64,000 nucleotides of DNA from an uncultured archaeon (GCA_964430885.1 CAYSHM010000006.1:64001-128000), one strand, 5' to 3'; counted from the first letter of the stretch, positions 1-11,117 are shown. Program-made: numbers and translations. Notes: generated by a model from the sequence alone, not told the origin.

Positions 1-281
1 ATGATCTTTAAAAAAATATTTTTCCCAGTATCATGTTTATTTGTTTCATAAGAGTTCATAACGGCACCACCTCCTATCTCAGGAATAAGGGAATACATAA
101 AGAAAATTAATGAAAGGTCCCGGTTCCTGTTCTGTTGAATTGTACCGTTAATATTAACGTTATAGGAATATAAATAGTTTTAGTTACTATTTTGTAATAA
201 TTACAAATTAGGATGTAGAAGGGTAGAATATTGGTCCATAGAGTTGCGGGATGAGATAATAATACAATTGTTGATGATATT

Positions 282-1814
282 TTACATGTCCCATTCCAAT
301 TCATCAATGAATTCAGCTTCTCTGGCTTCTTTTCTTCGTTTGTATATTCGGAAGAATATGAAAATGTTAGCCAGACCAAGCAGCAGGGCCAAAATGAGAA
401 TTATAATGATCTTCATATTGTCCATGAGAAAACTCGATTCAGATCCGTCATTATTGTCCCTCTGGATGGGATTCTGCTTCCCGGTGTCATCATTATCTGA
501 ATCCTGTTGGTTACTGTCGTCATCTAAATTCTGATCGTTATCTGCATCAGTATCATCATTCTCTGTGCTGTCATCGTCATTCGAAGTGTCGTCATCGGGT
601 TTTGGGTCAGGTTTCACATCATCATTGTTATCATTGGTTCCGTTGTGAGGTTCAGTATTATTAGCGTCATCATCACCAGTTCCATTATCTTGTGAAGGAT
701 CATCCGGAATTTCAGGCTCTGCAATGGGTATGTCTATGCTAGCTCCGTAAATGTTCCCCATTCCCGACCCATAAACGGTCCAGGCGGAGAAGAGCCTGCT
801 TTCATACTCGCACAGGCAGGGTTCTGACAGAATCTCGGATGAATAAATTGATCTTATGCTGTTCCAGTTGATGCAATCAGTTGAATTTGCTACCTGTACG
901 GACATATTTCCTTGAGTTTCTTTTATCCAAGTCATCCAGAATAGATCATTTTGATCCTGAACAATGAACGGATGTTTACCCTGGTTCTTGGTTGGGATCT
1001 TTACAGGTGATGAAAATGAACTCAGATCATCAGATGATGAGCGGAAAATTGCTATATCATTCTGTGAATCTTCATTGTTCCAATAGAGAAGCCATTCGTC
1101 ACCTGCCCCTCTAACCAGCACTGGGTCGAGATCGTCCTCACCAGTGTCAGCAACCATCTGCGGATCGCTCCAGTCACCATTTTTTCCCATCCTTGACAAC
1201 CAAATATCGTAGTCGCCATTCCTGTCAGATGACCATGTGAGGATGATCTCTTCATCACCAACTGACAGATTCGGGCAGATGTCGCTTCCGGTATGATTTG
1301 TTATAGGTTCTTGACCAGTTAGTTCCGAAGGACTCTCTTCTAATAATGATCCCCATATCTCCATATTACCTGAACGGTAGGATGTCCAGGCAGCATATAT
1401 CTTCCCGTTTCCGGGATGATTGCCAATGGAGATATAAAGGTCATCGGATATATCTTCGGTCAATTGATTTTTATTACCTGGAACAAGTTCATTGGATATT
1501 TCGATCTGCCACAGATCTGAGGTGTCAAGCCAATCTATCTTCCCGTCAGAATTAGTGTCCTCAGTTCTAGTCCAGTATAGTTTTAATTCCTCATCATGAG
1601 GGCTTAATAAGGCATGATCGTTCTGCGTCTTATCCGATATTATGGCGACAGCATCGCTCCAGTTTGAAAAATCGACCCCGCGGTTTCCATTTGATCGTTC
1701 CAATTCTTTTAATGAATAACTTTCTAAGTGAATGGTATTATAGGGATTTATCAGAAAAATTAATAAAAGAACTATGGATATGATAGCCGGGCAGGTCCAG
1801 TCCTTTTTCTTCAT
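282..1814 (-). CDS. Membrane-anchored surface protein with TolB/PD40-like and BNR/sialidase-like propeller repeats
   Basis: Signal-like N-terminus MKKKDWTCPAIISIVLLLIFLI (ATG at 1814 preferred over track start 1850). Repeats WTSYRSGNMEIW and WSSDRNGDYDIW, a Asp/Asn-rich linker, and a C-terminal TM helix followed by RIYKRRK. Confidence 0.6.
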   Translation of the reverse strand: MKKKDWTCPAIISIVLLLIFLINPYNTIHLESYSLKELERSNGNRGVDFSNWSDAVAIISDKTQNDHALLSPHDEELKLYWTRTEDTNSDGKIDWLDTSDLWQIEISNELVPGNKNQLTEDISDDLYISIGNHPGNGKIYAAWTSYRSGNMEIWGSLLEESPSELTGQEPITNHTGSDICPNLSVGDEEIILTWSSDRNGDYDIWLSRMGKNGDWSDPQMVADTGEDDLDPVLVRGAGDEWLLYWNNEDSQNDIAIFRSSSDDLSSFSSPVKIPTKNQGKHPFIVQDQNDLFWMTWIKETQGNMSVQVANSTDCINWNSIRSIYSSEILSEPCLCEYESRLFSAWTVYGSGMGNIYGASIDIPIAEPEIPDDPSQDNGTGDDDANNTEPHNGTNDNNDDVKPDPKPDDDTSNDDDSTENDDTDADNDQNLDDDSNQQDSDNDDTGKQNPIQRDNNDGSESSFLMDNMKIIIILILALLLGLANIFIFFRIYKRRKEAREAEFIDELEWDM

Positions 1815-1869
1815 AATAACACCAGTTTGGATTAATCCCGATAAAAGCACGGCGAATTGGAATTACCTT

Positions 1870-4194
1870 TTACAGGTAGAACTTGTCGTTTGAGGGATCG
1901 AATATTTGAGGGGTCAGATTGTACTCCCTCATTACTCTGGCTTTAGCCTCCATAAAACTATCTTCCATGGAGGTATAACCCTGTCCCTCAATACCCCAAA
2001 TCAGGAACCAGTAGGTCCAAGCTCCGTTACCGTATTCAGGGGCGTCATAGCTCCATTCGTTCCAGTCACAGGCAGTGATAAGCAGTCTTCCGCTTCCGGA
2101 AAGCTCATTCATTCCCCCGCTCCTGCAGGAATCAAAATAGATGAATATGTGCTCGGAATCGAAATTATCGAAGATGTCCGATAGTTCACTGTCGGAGATA
2201 CATCCCCTGCCGTTATGGGTTGCATCCGAAGCAAATATCATGGAGCCGCTACCTGAATATCCTGCTTCATAGAAATGACCCCCGTGTCCAGCATACACAA
2301 ATGCTACATGATCTCCTTCTTCCTCCATGCTCTCCAGCCAATCCAACTCGTCAAGTATCTCCTGTCTTGTGGCTTGACGGTTGTATATTGTCTTTACTGA
2401 GTATCCCTGGGATTGAAGGTGATTGGTCCATGAAATGGCATCTGAATCTGCATACCGCAGATCACCGATGTAGTAATAATCCGATATTCCAATAACCAAA
2501 GCGTATTTATCGTTCTGGTCAGGAATTGAATTGTCCACAATGAGGTCTATCTCCGTCTCACCAGTGTTACCATATATGTCAGTTGCCCTAGCTATAATTG
2601 TATGAGTTGTACTGTCTGTATAAACCGAAGTATCCCAGGTGAACTCGTATGGTGCTTGTGTATCGGATATCCAGCTCCCCTCATCAATGGAGATCTCAGC
2701 CATGGAGATGTCAGATTGATCATTGATACTAAGCATTATTCTGACTGTACCTGACACTATCATTCCGTCAGAATGAGAGCTGATCCTGATATCCGGAGCA
2801 GAGTCATCTATCAGAATATCAGCGGTTATGGTGTATTCCCCTTCGCCTGAATACCTGTTTACAAGTATGAAATATTCACCGTCGGGTTCTTCTACCGAGC
2901 ATCGTTCATCAGCCGAGGCTGTATAGCCATTAACATCATATGAGTTGGTAGTGGGTTCTTCCCCTTCCTTGACATATAGGTCAAAATCAGCGTTGTCCGG
3001 CCCGTCCAGAACAACGTCCAGCTGATAACCGGTATCCACTTCGATGAAATAGATATCCTGTTTATTGAAAGCATCCAGATACGAGGTCTTTGATTGTCCG
3101 TCAAACAGTTCTCCAGCCTCTCCTTCGTTCTGCTGCTGGTTATTGATCATGATCTCTACCGGATCTGCTTCGCCGAGGTTGCCGTGGATGTCTTCCGCTC
3201 TGGCATTGATGAAATGGGAGCCATCTTCAATAGTTGTGGTATCGAACTGGAATTCAAACGCCCCCGGCTCGTTCCTTACCCATTCTCCTGAATCAATACT
3301 GAACTCCCCGAAGGCTATTTCAGACTCGTCTGTGATCTCTAAAATAACTGTAATTGTGCCGCTTACCATATCTCCGTCGGAGGGTGAATCTATCTCCACC
3401 GCAGGTCCTTCCTCATCTTTCAATATTCTAGCTTCAAGGGTGTAGTCACCGAACCCTTCGTACTGGTTTACCAGTATGTAATAGGTTCCAAATGGATTAT
3501 CAACATGGCAGGTCTCATGGGCTGAGTAGGTATATGCATTTGTATCGTAATCCTCGGTGGTAGGTCTGCTTCCTTCTTTGACATATAGGTCGTAATCAGC
3601 ACTATCGGGTCCATTGAGCTCAATTGTCAATTTGATACCGTCATTTATCTCGACTACGAAGTAGTCTAATGTGTCCAGTTCTGTGAGTGTATCGTAATGC
3701 GTAACCCCGATGTCCAGTTCTACTTCCTCTTCCGCAGCTTCTTCTTCTCCATCACCCTGGTCACCGTTCCCCGCTTGGTTCTCGGTGATGGTAGCCAAGA
3801 GAGAGAAATCTCCGCTCCCTTCATAGCTGTAAACTGTGATGTAGTAAAATCCCTGATTCGTACTTGGAATATTGCAGTATTCGCTGGATCCAGCTTCGTT
3901 GCCTACAGCATCATCATTCTCGCCGTCAGGAAGTGCATCGAATCTAACATACAGATCGAAATCCGCATCATCTGGCCCCCACATCTCCACATCGAGTTCA
4001 TCACTGTCTCCGGCCCAGATGGAATAATCCATATAATCTCCGGTGGCATATAAGCTGCCGTCCTCTTCTATATCAGTGTATATTTCCATGACATTCTGAG
4101 CACTAGCAGTAAATGTGAAGGGATGTAAGCATACAAATAAAAGAATGAATACAAATACTGATGTTTTTATTATTGAACTTGCTCTATCTAACAT
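1870..4194 (-). CDS. Secreted caspase-like (peptidase C14) protein with three PPC domains and two Ig-like domains
   Basis: Signal peptide ending ASA. Three GPDxADF/YDLYV PPC-type repeats and two Ig-like (Big) repeats. C-terminal KYALVIGISDY...YAGHGG...FDSCRSG contains the His/Cys dyad motifs of clan CD C14. Confidence 0.8.
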   Translation of the reverse strand: MLDRASSIIKTSVFVFILLFVCLHPFTFTASAQNVMEIYTDIEEDGSLYATGDYMDYSIWAGDSDELDVEMWGPDDADFDLYVRFDALPDGENDDAVGNEAGSSEYCNIPSTNQGFYYITVYSYEGSGDFSLLATITENQAGNGDQGDGEEEAAEEEVELDIGVTHYDTLTELDTLDYFVVEINDGIKLTIELNGPDSADYDLYVKEGSRPTTEDYDTNAYTYSAHETCHVDNPFGTYYILVNQYEGFGDYTLEARILKDEEGPAVEIDSPSDGDMVSGTITVILEITDESEIAFGEFSIDSGEWVRNEPGAFEFQFDTTTIEDGSHFINARAEDIHGNLGEADPVEIMINNQQQNEGEAGELFDGQSKTSYLDAFNKQDIYFIEVDTGYQLDVVLDGPDNADFDLYVKEGEEPTTNSYDVNGYTASADERCSVEEPDGEYFILVNRYSGEGEYTITADILIDDSAPDIRISSHSDGMIVSGTVRIMLSINDQSDISMAEISIDEGSWISDTQAPYEFTWDTSVYTDSTTHTIIARATDIYGNTGETEIDLIVDNSIPDQNDKYALVIGISDYYYIGDLRYADSDAISWTNHLQSQGYSVKTIYNRQATRQEILDELDWLESMEEEGDHVAFVYAGHGGHFYEAGYSGSGSMIFASDATHNGRGCISDSELSDIFDNFDSEHIFIYFDSCRSGGMNELSGSGRLLITACDWNEWSYDAPEYGNGAWTYWFLIWGIEGQGYTSMEDSFMEAKARVMREYNLTPQIFDPSNDKFYL

Positions 4195-4374
4195 AATTTA
4201 TACCCTAGAATTATACACTGTTGAAATTGAATGAGCCAGTATGGTGATAATGGTATTAAAAAGTTGGGTTGAATTCAATAAGATTGTGATAAGTATTGGT
4301 AGGAAAAACAGGCCCCCTTCATGAGAAATTTTTAGAAAATTTCATTTGTCTTCATTACTATAAGAAAAAGGTAA

Positions 4375-4448
4375 TGGACCCGTCGGAATTTGAATCCGAG
4401 GCCTTCTCCATGCCAAGGAGACGATCTTCCAGGCTGATCTACGGGCCC
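4375..4448 (-). tRNA. tRNA-Ala(GGC)
   Basis: Reverse complement GGGCCCGTAGATCAGCCTGGAAGATCGTCTCCTTGGCATGGAGAAGGCCTCGGATTCAAATTCCGACGGGTCCA folds as a cloverleaf. Anticodon arm TCTCC-TTGGCAT-GGAGA, G3:U70 alanine identity pair, no encoded CCA. Confidence 0.95.
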
Positions 4449-4614
4449 ACTTATGAGCGAACTTTTCTGAGCGATTAAGTGGGCATGTTAGCAACGATTT
4501 AACGTTGTGTTAAGGGCCCATTTATTCACTCTCTTCACCACCGCCACCACAATTTTCCCACAATGTAAAACCACTTATTTAAACACTTCTCTACTTATCA
4601 AAGGCGGTATCCAA

Positions 4615-6282
4615 TCAGAATATCAGAATGGTTTCCATTACAGTTTCCTCTTCTGGATTGGCGATTTCGCTGGTGAGCCATTCGATATCGACCTGACAGG
4701 AGTAATCGTTGCCTCCATCCACAAGCTGGAGCATTCCAAGGCCTGCCCTAGCCTCATAATTTCCTGCGGTCTCCATCAATATGTTGACATCCACACTGTA
4801 AGCGGGATTTGCCTCGCTGAGGTTAAGTATCTGTTCATCAGTGTACTCAATGCCTGCTAGTACAGTACACTGCTGGCCGTGCTGGTTCTCGCCCCAATGG
4901 GAATCCGTTTCATTATTTCCCGTGACCGTAACACTGAATATATCACCAGTGTTCTCGTAATACCTGACCTGCCGGGTATCGGGTTCGTCTTCCCATGTAA
5001 GGGTTACAGATACGCTTCTTATGTATCTTTCAAATGAAGAAGCGATGGTTATCGTCTTTATCTCCCCCTCGGCTAGATATCCCGAGTGAAGCTCACCTTC
5101 AGGGGTCAGTACCATATCGTCCAGATTACCGGTGCCCCCTCCGCCTGGAAAGTCGGGGAACACAACCATCTTTGAAAGATTGGTCTCACCCACTGCGAAA
5201 GTCGCACCGAGCACAAGGAAGCATACCACTACTGAAAAGGCCATGGACTGAAAGAGTGTGTTCCCAACAGTCTTTCCTTTCAATCCGTAATCATGCTCAT
5301 AAACGTATCTCTTCAATTTGGCAAGTTTACCCTTGAAGATAGGATCTCCCCTCCGTTGAGGTTCCCAGTAATACTTGTATATCATATAGAAATATATCAC
5401 CATCAGAGCATTGACAATTAGGGATGTCAGTGTACCCATTACCAAAGCTGACATTTCCGACATGCCTCCGGGTACTATCCTGCTGGTCAGCCAGAATACC
5501 GATAACTGCCAATTCCCCATACCATGCATTATTATGCATGCGTAAATGTTCCTCGACCACATATAGAGGGCCCCGAAGGTGAAGCCGGCAGACATCCAGC
5601 CGATCTCTGCCACAACAAGGTGCCAAAAAGGCATTTTGTATACGGTAATGGCTATAGGAATGTGTGCAGCTCCAAAGAATATGGATGAAAAGACCAAGGC
5701 CTGCCAGTTAGTCAGTACACGGCTTGATTGATCGTGAACGAAGCTCCTGAACTGCAGCTCCTCAACAGGACCGACAATACAGAAATGGGTGAAGGACATA
5801 AGAAGGAACAGACCGAGTGTTGTGCTGTCAAGCAAGCTGTAAATACCCAGGGTCCCGAACTGAACCCCGCCGGCCATGGCTGATAGGGTGTCACCTACTA
5901 TCATCTCCAGCACGCGCCATAGTATTGCGCTGAGAAGTCCTATGGCCAGACCGCTCATAAGCTTCTTTCGGGTAAATACAAAGGGATGTCCTTTTTCCTT
6001 TCTGAAGAACTTCCAGTATACTATAATTGGCAACAAATGAATAGTTGGTGCAGCTATGATATGGCCTATGAAAAAGGGGATGTTGAAACCAGATCCGTAG
6101 AGCGGTGCAGTTATTACCCTGTAAATGCCCCATAGTACGAATTCAACAAGTATTACCAAGGTTATCTCAAGTACATACCTGGTTTTGCCCGGGAGCGGTT
6201 TGGTGCCTTTGGGAGGTATACCAAACCATTTCTTCTCCACCTTATCCTCGTAGGTTTTTAGATTATTCTCATCGGGAAACAT
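4615..6282 (-). CDS. CPBP/Abi (CAAX protease-like) intramembrane metalloprotease with C-terminal extracellular domain
   Basis: Multiple TM helices with EELQFR, FGAAH and HGMGN motifs. ATG at 6282 is preceded by a GAAGGTGA SD. Confidence 0.8.
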   Translation of the reverse strand: MFPDENNLKTYEDKVEKKWFGIPPKGTKPLPGKTRYVLEITLVILVEFVLWGIYRVITAPLYGSGFNIPFFIGHIIAAPTIHLLPIIVYWKFFRKEKGHPFVFTRKKLMSGLAIGLLSAILWRVLEMIVGDTLSAMAGGVQFGTLGIYSLLDSTTLGLFLLMSFTHFCIVGPVEELQFRSFVHDQSSRVLTNWQALVFSSIFFGAAHIPIAITVYKMPFWHLVVAEIGWMSAGFTFGALYMWSRNIYACIIMHGMGNWQLSVFWLTSRIVPGGMSEMSALVMGTLTSLIVNALMVIYFYMIYKYYWEPQRRGDPIFKGKLAKLKRYVYEHDYGLKGKTVGNTLFQSMAFSVVVCFLVLGATFAVGETNLSKMVVFPDFPGGGGTGNLDDMVLTPEGELHSGYLAEGEIKTITIASSFERYIRSVSVTLTWEDEPDTRQVRYYENTGDIFSVTVTGNNETDSHWGENQHGQQCTVLAGIEYTDEQILNLSEANPAYSVDVNILMETAGNYEARAGLGMLQLVDGGNDYSCQVDIEWLTSEIANPEEETVMETILIF

Positions 6283-6485
6283 GATCTCACCTTCGGTTCT
6301 ATGGCTTTGGTATCTGCCTATTAGATTTATGCTATTTATTAATATAACACGCCAATATTGGCCCAATTCACTCTATAGTAATAAAACCCATTAGAATCCC
6401 TTAAAACAGCTTAACAGAGTTTGGTTCAGGATACTTGTAACAAAAATTATTATTATCATAATTCGAATAGTATGATTTGATTATT

Positions 6486-9400
6486 ATGAAATCTGATAGA
6501 AGCTTCTTAAAAATTGCATTTACATTATTCATACTGGTCTTTTTTGTTGCCCAAATGAATGTAGGAATTTTAAAAGGAGTTCCAGCAATAAAAAATGGCC
6601 TCCATACTGCAGAGATATCTCGGGATTTAATGAAAACCAGTAGGTCCAAAGGAGATCAATGGATGCTGGTAGATACCATCCAGGAAGAGATCACAGTACA
6701 GAGCGGATCTCAGACCTTCATTGAGATGAATGGAGAAACTGGAAAACTTGAGATAACTGATGCCCTGAACTTCAGCAGAGCTTTCAGTGATGATGCATTG
6801 GAGGATATATCTGCCGTTCCATCCTGGTTAAGACCAGCTTTAGAGGAGAAGCTTGTCTATGCAGGGGTAAAGGGGCATGAGATAGCTGACACATTCCACG
6901 CCTTCGGTGATCTGGACGGCGATAATGATCTTGATATGATCAGTTATGAATATCCGGAGTACCATTTCTATAAGAATGTAGGGACGCCTGCACTTTCACT
7001 GTTCAAAATGGATGATACAATTGGTTCATTGGAAGAACTGAACCGGATGGAACTGGATATGCCTATCACCCTGGGTGATGCAGACGGAGACGGTGATAAT
7101 GATCTGGTGGCAGGTTACTATTCAACATACTACTATTTTGAGAATACTGGTACAGCAAGAACTCCGATATTTTCCCTCATTTCTGAAACTGCCACTTCAT
7201 CAGGTTTGAACAGCCCTTGCTTATCAGACATGACGGATGATGGACTCTCTGATCTAATACTTGGCAAGGAGAACGGCAGATGCGAGCTATGGATAAATGC
7301 CGATTCAGAGAACGAGACTGAATTTTTCCAAAATTCTCTCGCCATGACCATTGTCGATGTGGGAAATGATGCCTCTCCTACGGCAGGAGATATGGATGGC
7401 GATGGTGACCTGGACCTCGTGATAGGGTCGGATTCAGCTATCCTTCACTATTACGAGAACATGGGTTCCGAGACTTCACCTTTGTTCACATCGGATAACC
7501 TGGCCATATTCGCGGATATCAGGGCAGGCACCAGGCTTCGCCCTCATCTTGTTCCACTGGATACCGATGGGCTGAATGACCTGGTTCTCTCTTCCTCCCA
7601 GGATCGAACCTATTTCTTTGATAATTTAGGGTCCTCCTACAATCCCCTTTTCAAGATATCCTCCAGCTACGAGCTATGGTCGGGTATGTACTATTATCCA
7701 CCAAACCGATTGCTGAGGATCATGGACGAATCTGTTGTCCAGCCCTATCTTGACCTGATATCATCTGCCCCAGCCCACCTTGTTGATGAGATAGCCTATT
7801 CCATATCCTACACTAGTGATGATGTGCTCCTCAATGGCCAGGTTCTACCAGAAATGTATCTTGATAATGCTGAATATGTTTATTATGCTGATGAAAGACT
7901 TGATTATGTGGACCTTGTCGAAATAGAGGATATGAATATGGGCGGTCCATACACTACAGCGGTCTACAGAGTAACTGAGAACGAGATGCTCAGAGAGATC
8001 ACCATGCCCAGGGATATCTATTATCGGTTCATTGTGCACCCAAAAGTGACCGAGGAAACCCCAACTTTCATAGATCCTGATACCGGCGGTTTTTCCCAGC
8101 CGGTGAGCAATGGCGGTAACGGCCGGTTCTGGCGGGAATATTTTCTCAACCATGCTGATGACTCCTACCCTTCTGATCCTGACCCGGATGACGGCCTTGA
8201 CCAGTATCCTGAAAATGCCACTCCTCCTCTACTTCTGGAGCTTCTGGAGGGCGTTGAGACCCTTTTCAACAGAACCACTTTTCACGCTCCTGCCGACAGG
8301 GACCCCTATTACGGAGACCATGCTGTAATACGGATCTCAAATTGGGTGGGCAAGACCCTGATACTCAATCAGCAGGAAGTGAGCGATGATGAGCGCCCCA
8401 TTCAGCCCGTGCGTATCGCACGGAGCCATAATGGGAACTGCGGTGAGCTTCAGGACCTTACGGTCGCAGCGGCTAGGGCCGCATTGGTCCCGGCAGCAGG
8501 TGCTATTATGATGGCTGAGGACCATGTATGGATAGAGTTCTGGGAGGATGAATGGCATCAATGGGATAACTACTGGAGCGACAGCGGAAGTATTATCGAT
8601 AACTGGGACAACTACTGGTACGGTTGGGGAGGAAGAGGGGGTTCAGGCATATACAAATGGTATTCCAATGATATGATAGGCGATGTTACACCTCAATATG
8701 TACCTTCAGAGGTGCTGTCGGATGTAAATGTGCTTGTCACTGATAGGAACGGTGAACCTGTAGATGGTGCAAGGGTAGTGATCGGGTCCCATTGGCTTAT
8801 GGAACACTCTACTGATTCTGACATCACAGCCCCCTTTCCAAGCATTTGGAATTACACTGATTCCGATGGTTTTGCCCGATTCAGGCTTACAAGCAATAAC
8901 ATATCCATCAAGGTAATTTCCCGTTTAGGCAACGGAGCAGTGACCAAAACATTTATCGATCCGGGTACGGTTTATCATTTTGAGGTATCTTTGGAAGGTG
9001 CAAAGAACCGTCCGCTAATGAGAGTAATGGAGATACCTGACCCGGAAGATGATGATTGGAAGATCGAATATGATCTTGAGGTTGTCGGTGCTTATCAGCG
9101 CCCGCCGAATGCAGATACAGGTTCTGTTCATAGCCATCCTATTTACAGTGCCAACCATATGGATTTTTCCATATTGCCACAGAATGAGTTTCATTCATTT
9201 CGAAGAACAGGTATTTGGGCATCAGGCTTCCGGCCAATATCTGATACGGTTGATTATACGGGAGATATCCAGGTGGGAACGGACCGCAATGTATATTTCC
9301 TCCTTCATAACTGCGACCAGATGGAGACATTCAAAAAGGTAAAGGTGAATCTCAGTGTTTACAAAAGAATGGACAATAAACCCTTTGTGACAATTGAAGA

Positions 9401-10994
9401 ACCTATTGGAGGTGCCATATATCTTACAGATGAGGATATCAGGGTGTCAGGGGCTGCACTAGATAGGGAAGGAATTGAGACCCTTGAACTTAGTGTGGAC
9501 AATGTGGGAAGGGATATCACCCTTTATCTTGATAACGGCAGCTATGTTTATACATTGGAAGCCGGAGAGATAGAGGTAGGGAATCATAGTTTGAAAGTGA
9601 AGGCCCGAAACACGAGAGGTTATATATCTTCCATGGAGACCTGGTTTCATGTGTCAGATCTGGTTCCCCCGGAAGTGACGTTCTCAGCTCCACTTGAAGG
9701 GGAAAGCTATCTTATTCCGGAAGAACTCCTCATCAAAGGAAGGGTTGAAGGCCATTCCATGGAATATCTGGAATTGTTTGTCCAAGGTCCTGAGGTGAAT
9801 GAGGAAAAGGATATCACTCCTTCCCTAAACGGGAATAACTTCGATTACGGGCTCAAGACGGACGCATATCCTGAAGGAGAATATGAGATCACAGTCAAGG
9901 CAGTGGATGAGCTGAACCAAGTAGGTGCAGCTTCAGTGATAATTAATTTCGTCAAGGAACATGATGTTTTAGCTCCGAACCTTGTGATCAATAATCCGGT
10001 TCCAGGTACCGATTATTATACCGATGAATATATAGTTCTGAACGGTACCGCGATCGATAATGTAGAGATAGTTACTCTGACCCTCATTGTAGACCAGGAT
10101 GAACCTATTGAGATCACCCATCGGATCATGGAGGAAGGTGAGTTCTCCCAATACCTAGATACATCTGATTTAGTTCTGGGAAGACATACAGTAAGCTTGA
10201 TCGCCGAGGATTCAGAGGGAAATCGAGCATTAGCAGACACTTATTTTTATCTGAAGGAAAGACCCGAACTTCCCCCATTGCCTCCTAATATACTTATTGA
10301 ACGCCCATCAGAGGGTGAGGTATTCGAACTAGGGGAGCAGGTGGTATTGGAAGCAGAGATATTCAGTGAACTGGAAATAATTGTTCTTCGGTATTCAATT
10401 GACGGCGGAGCTACCTGGACCGATGGGATGTCCCAATACAGTCAGCTATCTGGTTCTTTCGATGTCACTGTGGATTCGGAGAAATTGGAAGTGGGTTTGA
10501 ACCAGTTTTTAATTGAACTCGTGGATATTCAGGAACAAGAAGCTGATGGATGGGTATATGTCGAAATAATTGATACGACTGCACCTGATGTGAGATGGAA
10601 GACATCCGTAGGCGGTAGTGTCTACACGTTGGAGGACAGTCTATCACTATCTGTATCGGTAGAGGACCTAACCCGCATAAAGAGAGTTGAGTTGATCATG
10701 GAAGGTGAAGGGCTCCTCCGGAGTTTCGATATGGAAAGAGGAAATGACAACAGTACCTACATCATCGATCTGGAACTCATACAATTCTTCCAGGGTGAAT
10801 ACAGCATCAAGGCGGAAGCTGAGGATTGGGAAGGCAATGTTGGAACAGTTACTGAACAATTGCTTATCAAGGACATCAGCGGGGGGGATCGGGAGGAAAA
10901 GGGAGGGGTTCCCGGAATACTGATAGCCTTAGGGATAATACTGGGACTGTTTATTGTACTGGTTGTTGTTGTTCTGGTATCCAGGGAAAGGTGA
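6486..10994 (+). CDS. Large surface protein: FG-GAP/VCBS repeats, transglutaminase-like domain, Ig-like repeats, C-terminal TM anchor
   Basis: Repeats GDLDGDNDLD, GDADGDGDNDL and GDMDGDGDLDL. Cys-His-Asp-like motif GNCGEL...DHVWIEFW...WD. Several P-x-EG Ig-like repeats and a terminal hydrophobic helix. Confidence 0.75.
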   Translation: MKSDRSFLKIAFTLFILVFFVAQMNVGILKGVPAIKNGLHTAEISRDLMKTSRSKGDQWMLVDTIQEEITVQSGSQTFIEMNGETGKLEITDALNFSRAFSDDALEDISAVPSWLRPALEEKLVYAGVKGHEIADTFHAFGDLDGDNDLDMISYEYPEYHFYKNVGTPALSLFKMDDTIGSLEELNRMELDMPITLGDADGDGDNDLVAGYYSTYYYFENTGTARTPIFSLISETATSSGLNSPCLSDMTDDGLSDLILGKENGRCELWINADSENETEFFQNSLAMTIVDVGNDASPTAGDMDGDGDLDLVIGSDSAILHYYENMGSETSPLFTSDNLAIFADIRAGTRLRPHLVPLDTDGLNDLVLSSSQDRTYFFDNLGSSYNPLFKISSSYELWSGMYYYPPNRLLRIMDESVVQPYLDLISSAPAHLVDEIAYSISYTSDDVLLNGQVLPEMYLDNAEYVYYADERLDYVDLVEIEDMNMGGPYTTAVYRVTENEMLREITMPRDIYYRFIVHPKVTEETPTFIDPDTGGFSQPVSNGGNGRFWREYFLNHADDSYPSDPDPDDGLDQYPENATPPLLLELLEGVETLFNRTTFHAPADRDPYYGDHAVIRISNWVGKTLILNQQEVSDDERPIQPVRIARSHNGNCGELQDLTVAAARAALVPAAGAIMMAEDHVWIEFWEDEWHQWDNYWSDSGSIIDNWDNYWYGWGGRGGSGIYKWYSNDMIGDVTPQYVPSEVLSDVNVLVTDRNGEPVDGARVVIGSHWLMEHSTDSDITAPFPSIWNYTDSDGFARFRLTSNNISIKVISRLGNGAVTKTFIDPGTVYHFEVSLEGAKNRPLMRVMEIPDPEDDDWKIEYDLEVVGAYQRPPNADTGSVHSHPIYSANHMDFSILPQNEFHSFRRTGIWASGFRPISDTVDYTGDIQVGTDRNVYFLLHNCDQMETFKKVKVNLSVYKRMDNKPFVTIEEPIGGAIYLTDEDIRVSGAALDREGIETLELSVDNVGRDITLYLDNGSYVYTLEAGEIEVGNHSLKVKARNTRGYISSMETWFHVSDLVPPEVTFSAPLEGESYLIPEELLIKGRVEGHSMEYLELFVQGPEVNEEKDITPSLNGNNFDYGLKTDAYPEGEYEITVKAVDELNQVGAASVIINFVKEHDVLAPNLVINNPVPGTDYYTDEYIVLNGTAIDNVEIVTLTLIVDQDEPIEITHRIMEEGEFSQYLDTSDLVLGRHTVSLIAEDSEGNRALADTYFYLKERPELPPLPPNILIERPSEGEVFELGEQVVLEAEIFSELEIIVLRYSIDGGATWTDGMSQYSQLSGSFDVTVDSEKLEVGLNQFLIELVDIQEQEADGWVYVEIIDTTAPDVRWKTSVGGSVYTLEDSLSLSVSVEDLTRIKRVELIMEGEGLLRSFDMERGNDNSTYIIDLELIQFFQGEYSIKAEAEDWEGNVGTVTEQLLIKDISGGDREEKGGVPGILIALGIILGLFIVLVVVVLVSRER

Positions 10995-11104
10995 GTAAGG
11001 TTAATTGATTCTTATATATGTTGATCCAAAACAATCGGCATATATTGACGGCATAGAATATCGTCTGAACGGTGCGTTGGTTTGAGTCATTTGTTTTATA
11101 AGGG

Positions 11105-11117
11105 GAAAGTTTTATAT
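11105..11117 (+). promoter_or_regulatory. Candidate archaeal BRE/TATA promoter
   Basis: GAAAGTTTTATAT lies ~55 nt upstream of the ATG at 11170, which has a GGTGA SD. Confidence 0.45.

Noticed and set aside
4375-4448. tRNA-Ala as the integration site of an island carrying the BMC locus
   Set aside because: I found no integrase and noticed no duplicated tRNA 3' end, and the tRNA is 10 kb from the locus with host-type genes in between.
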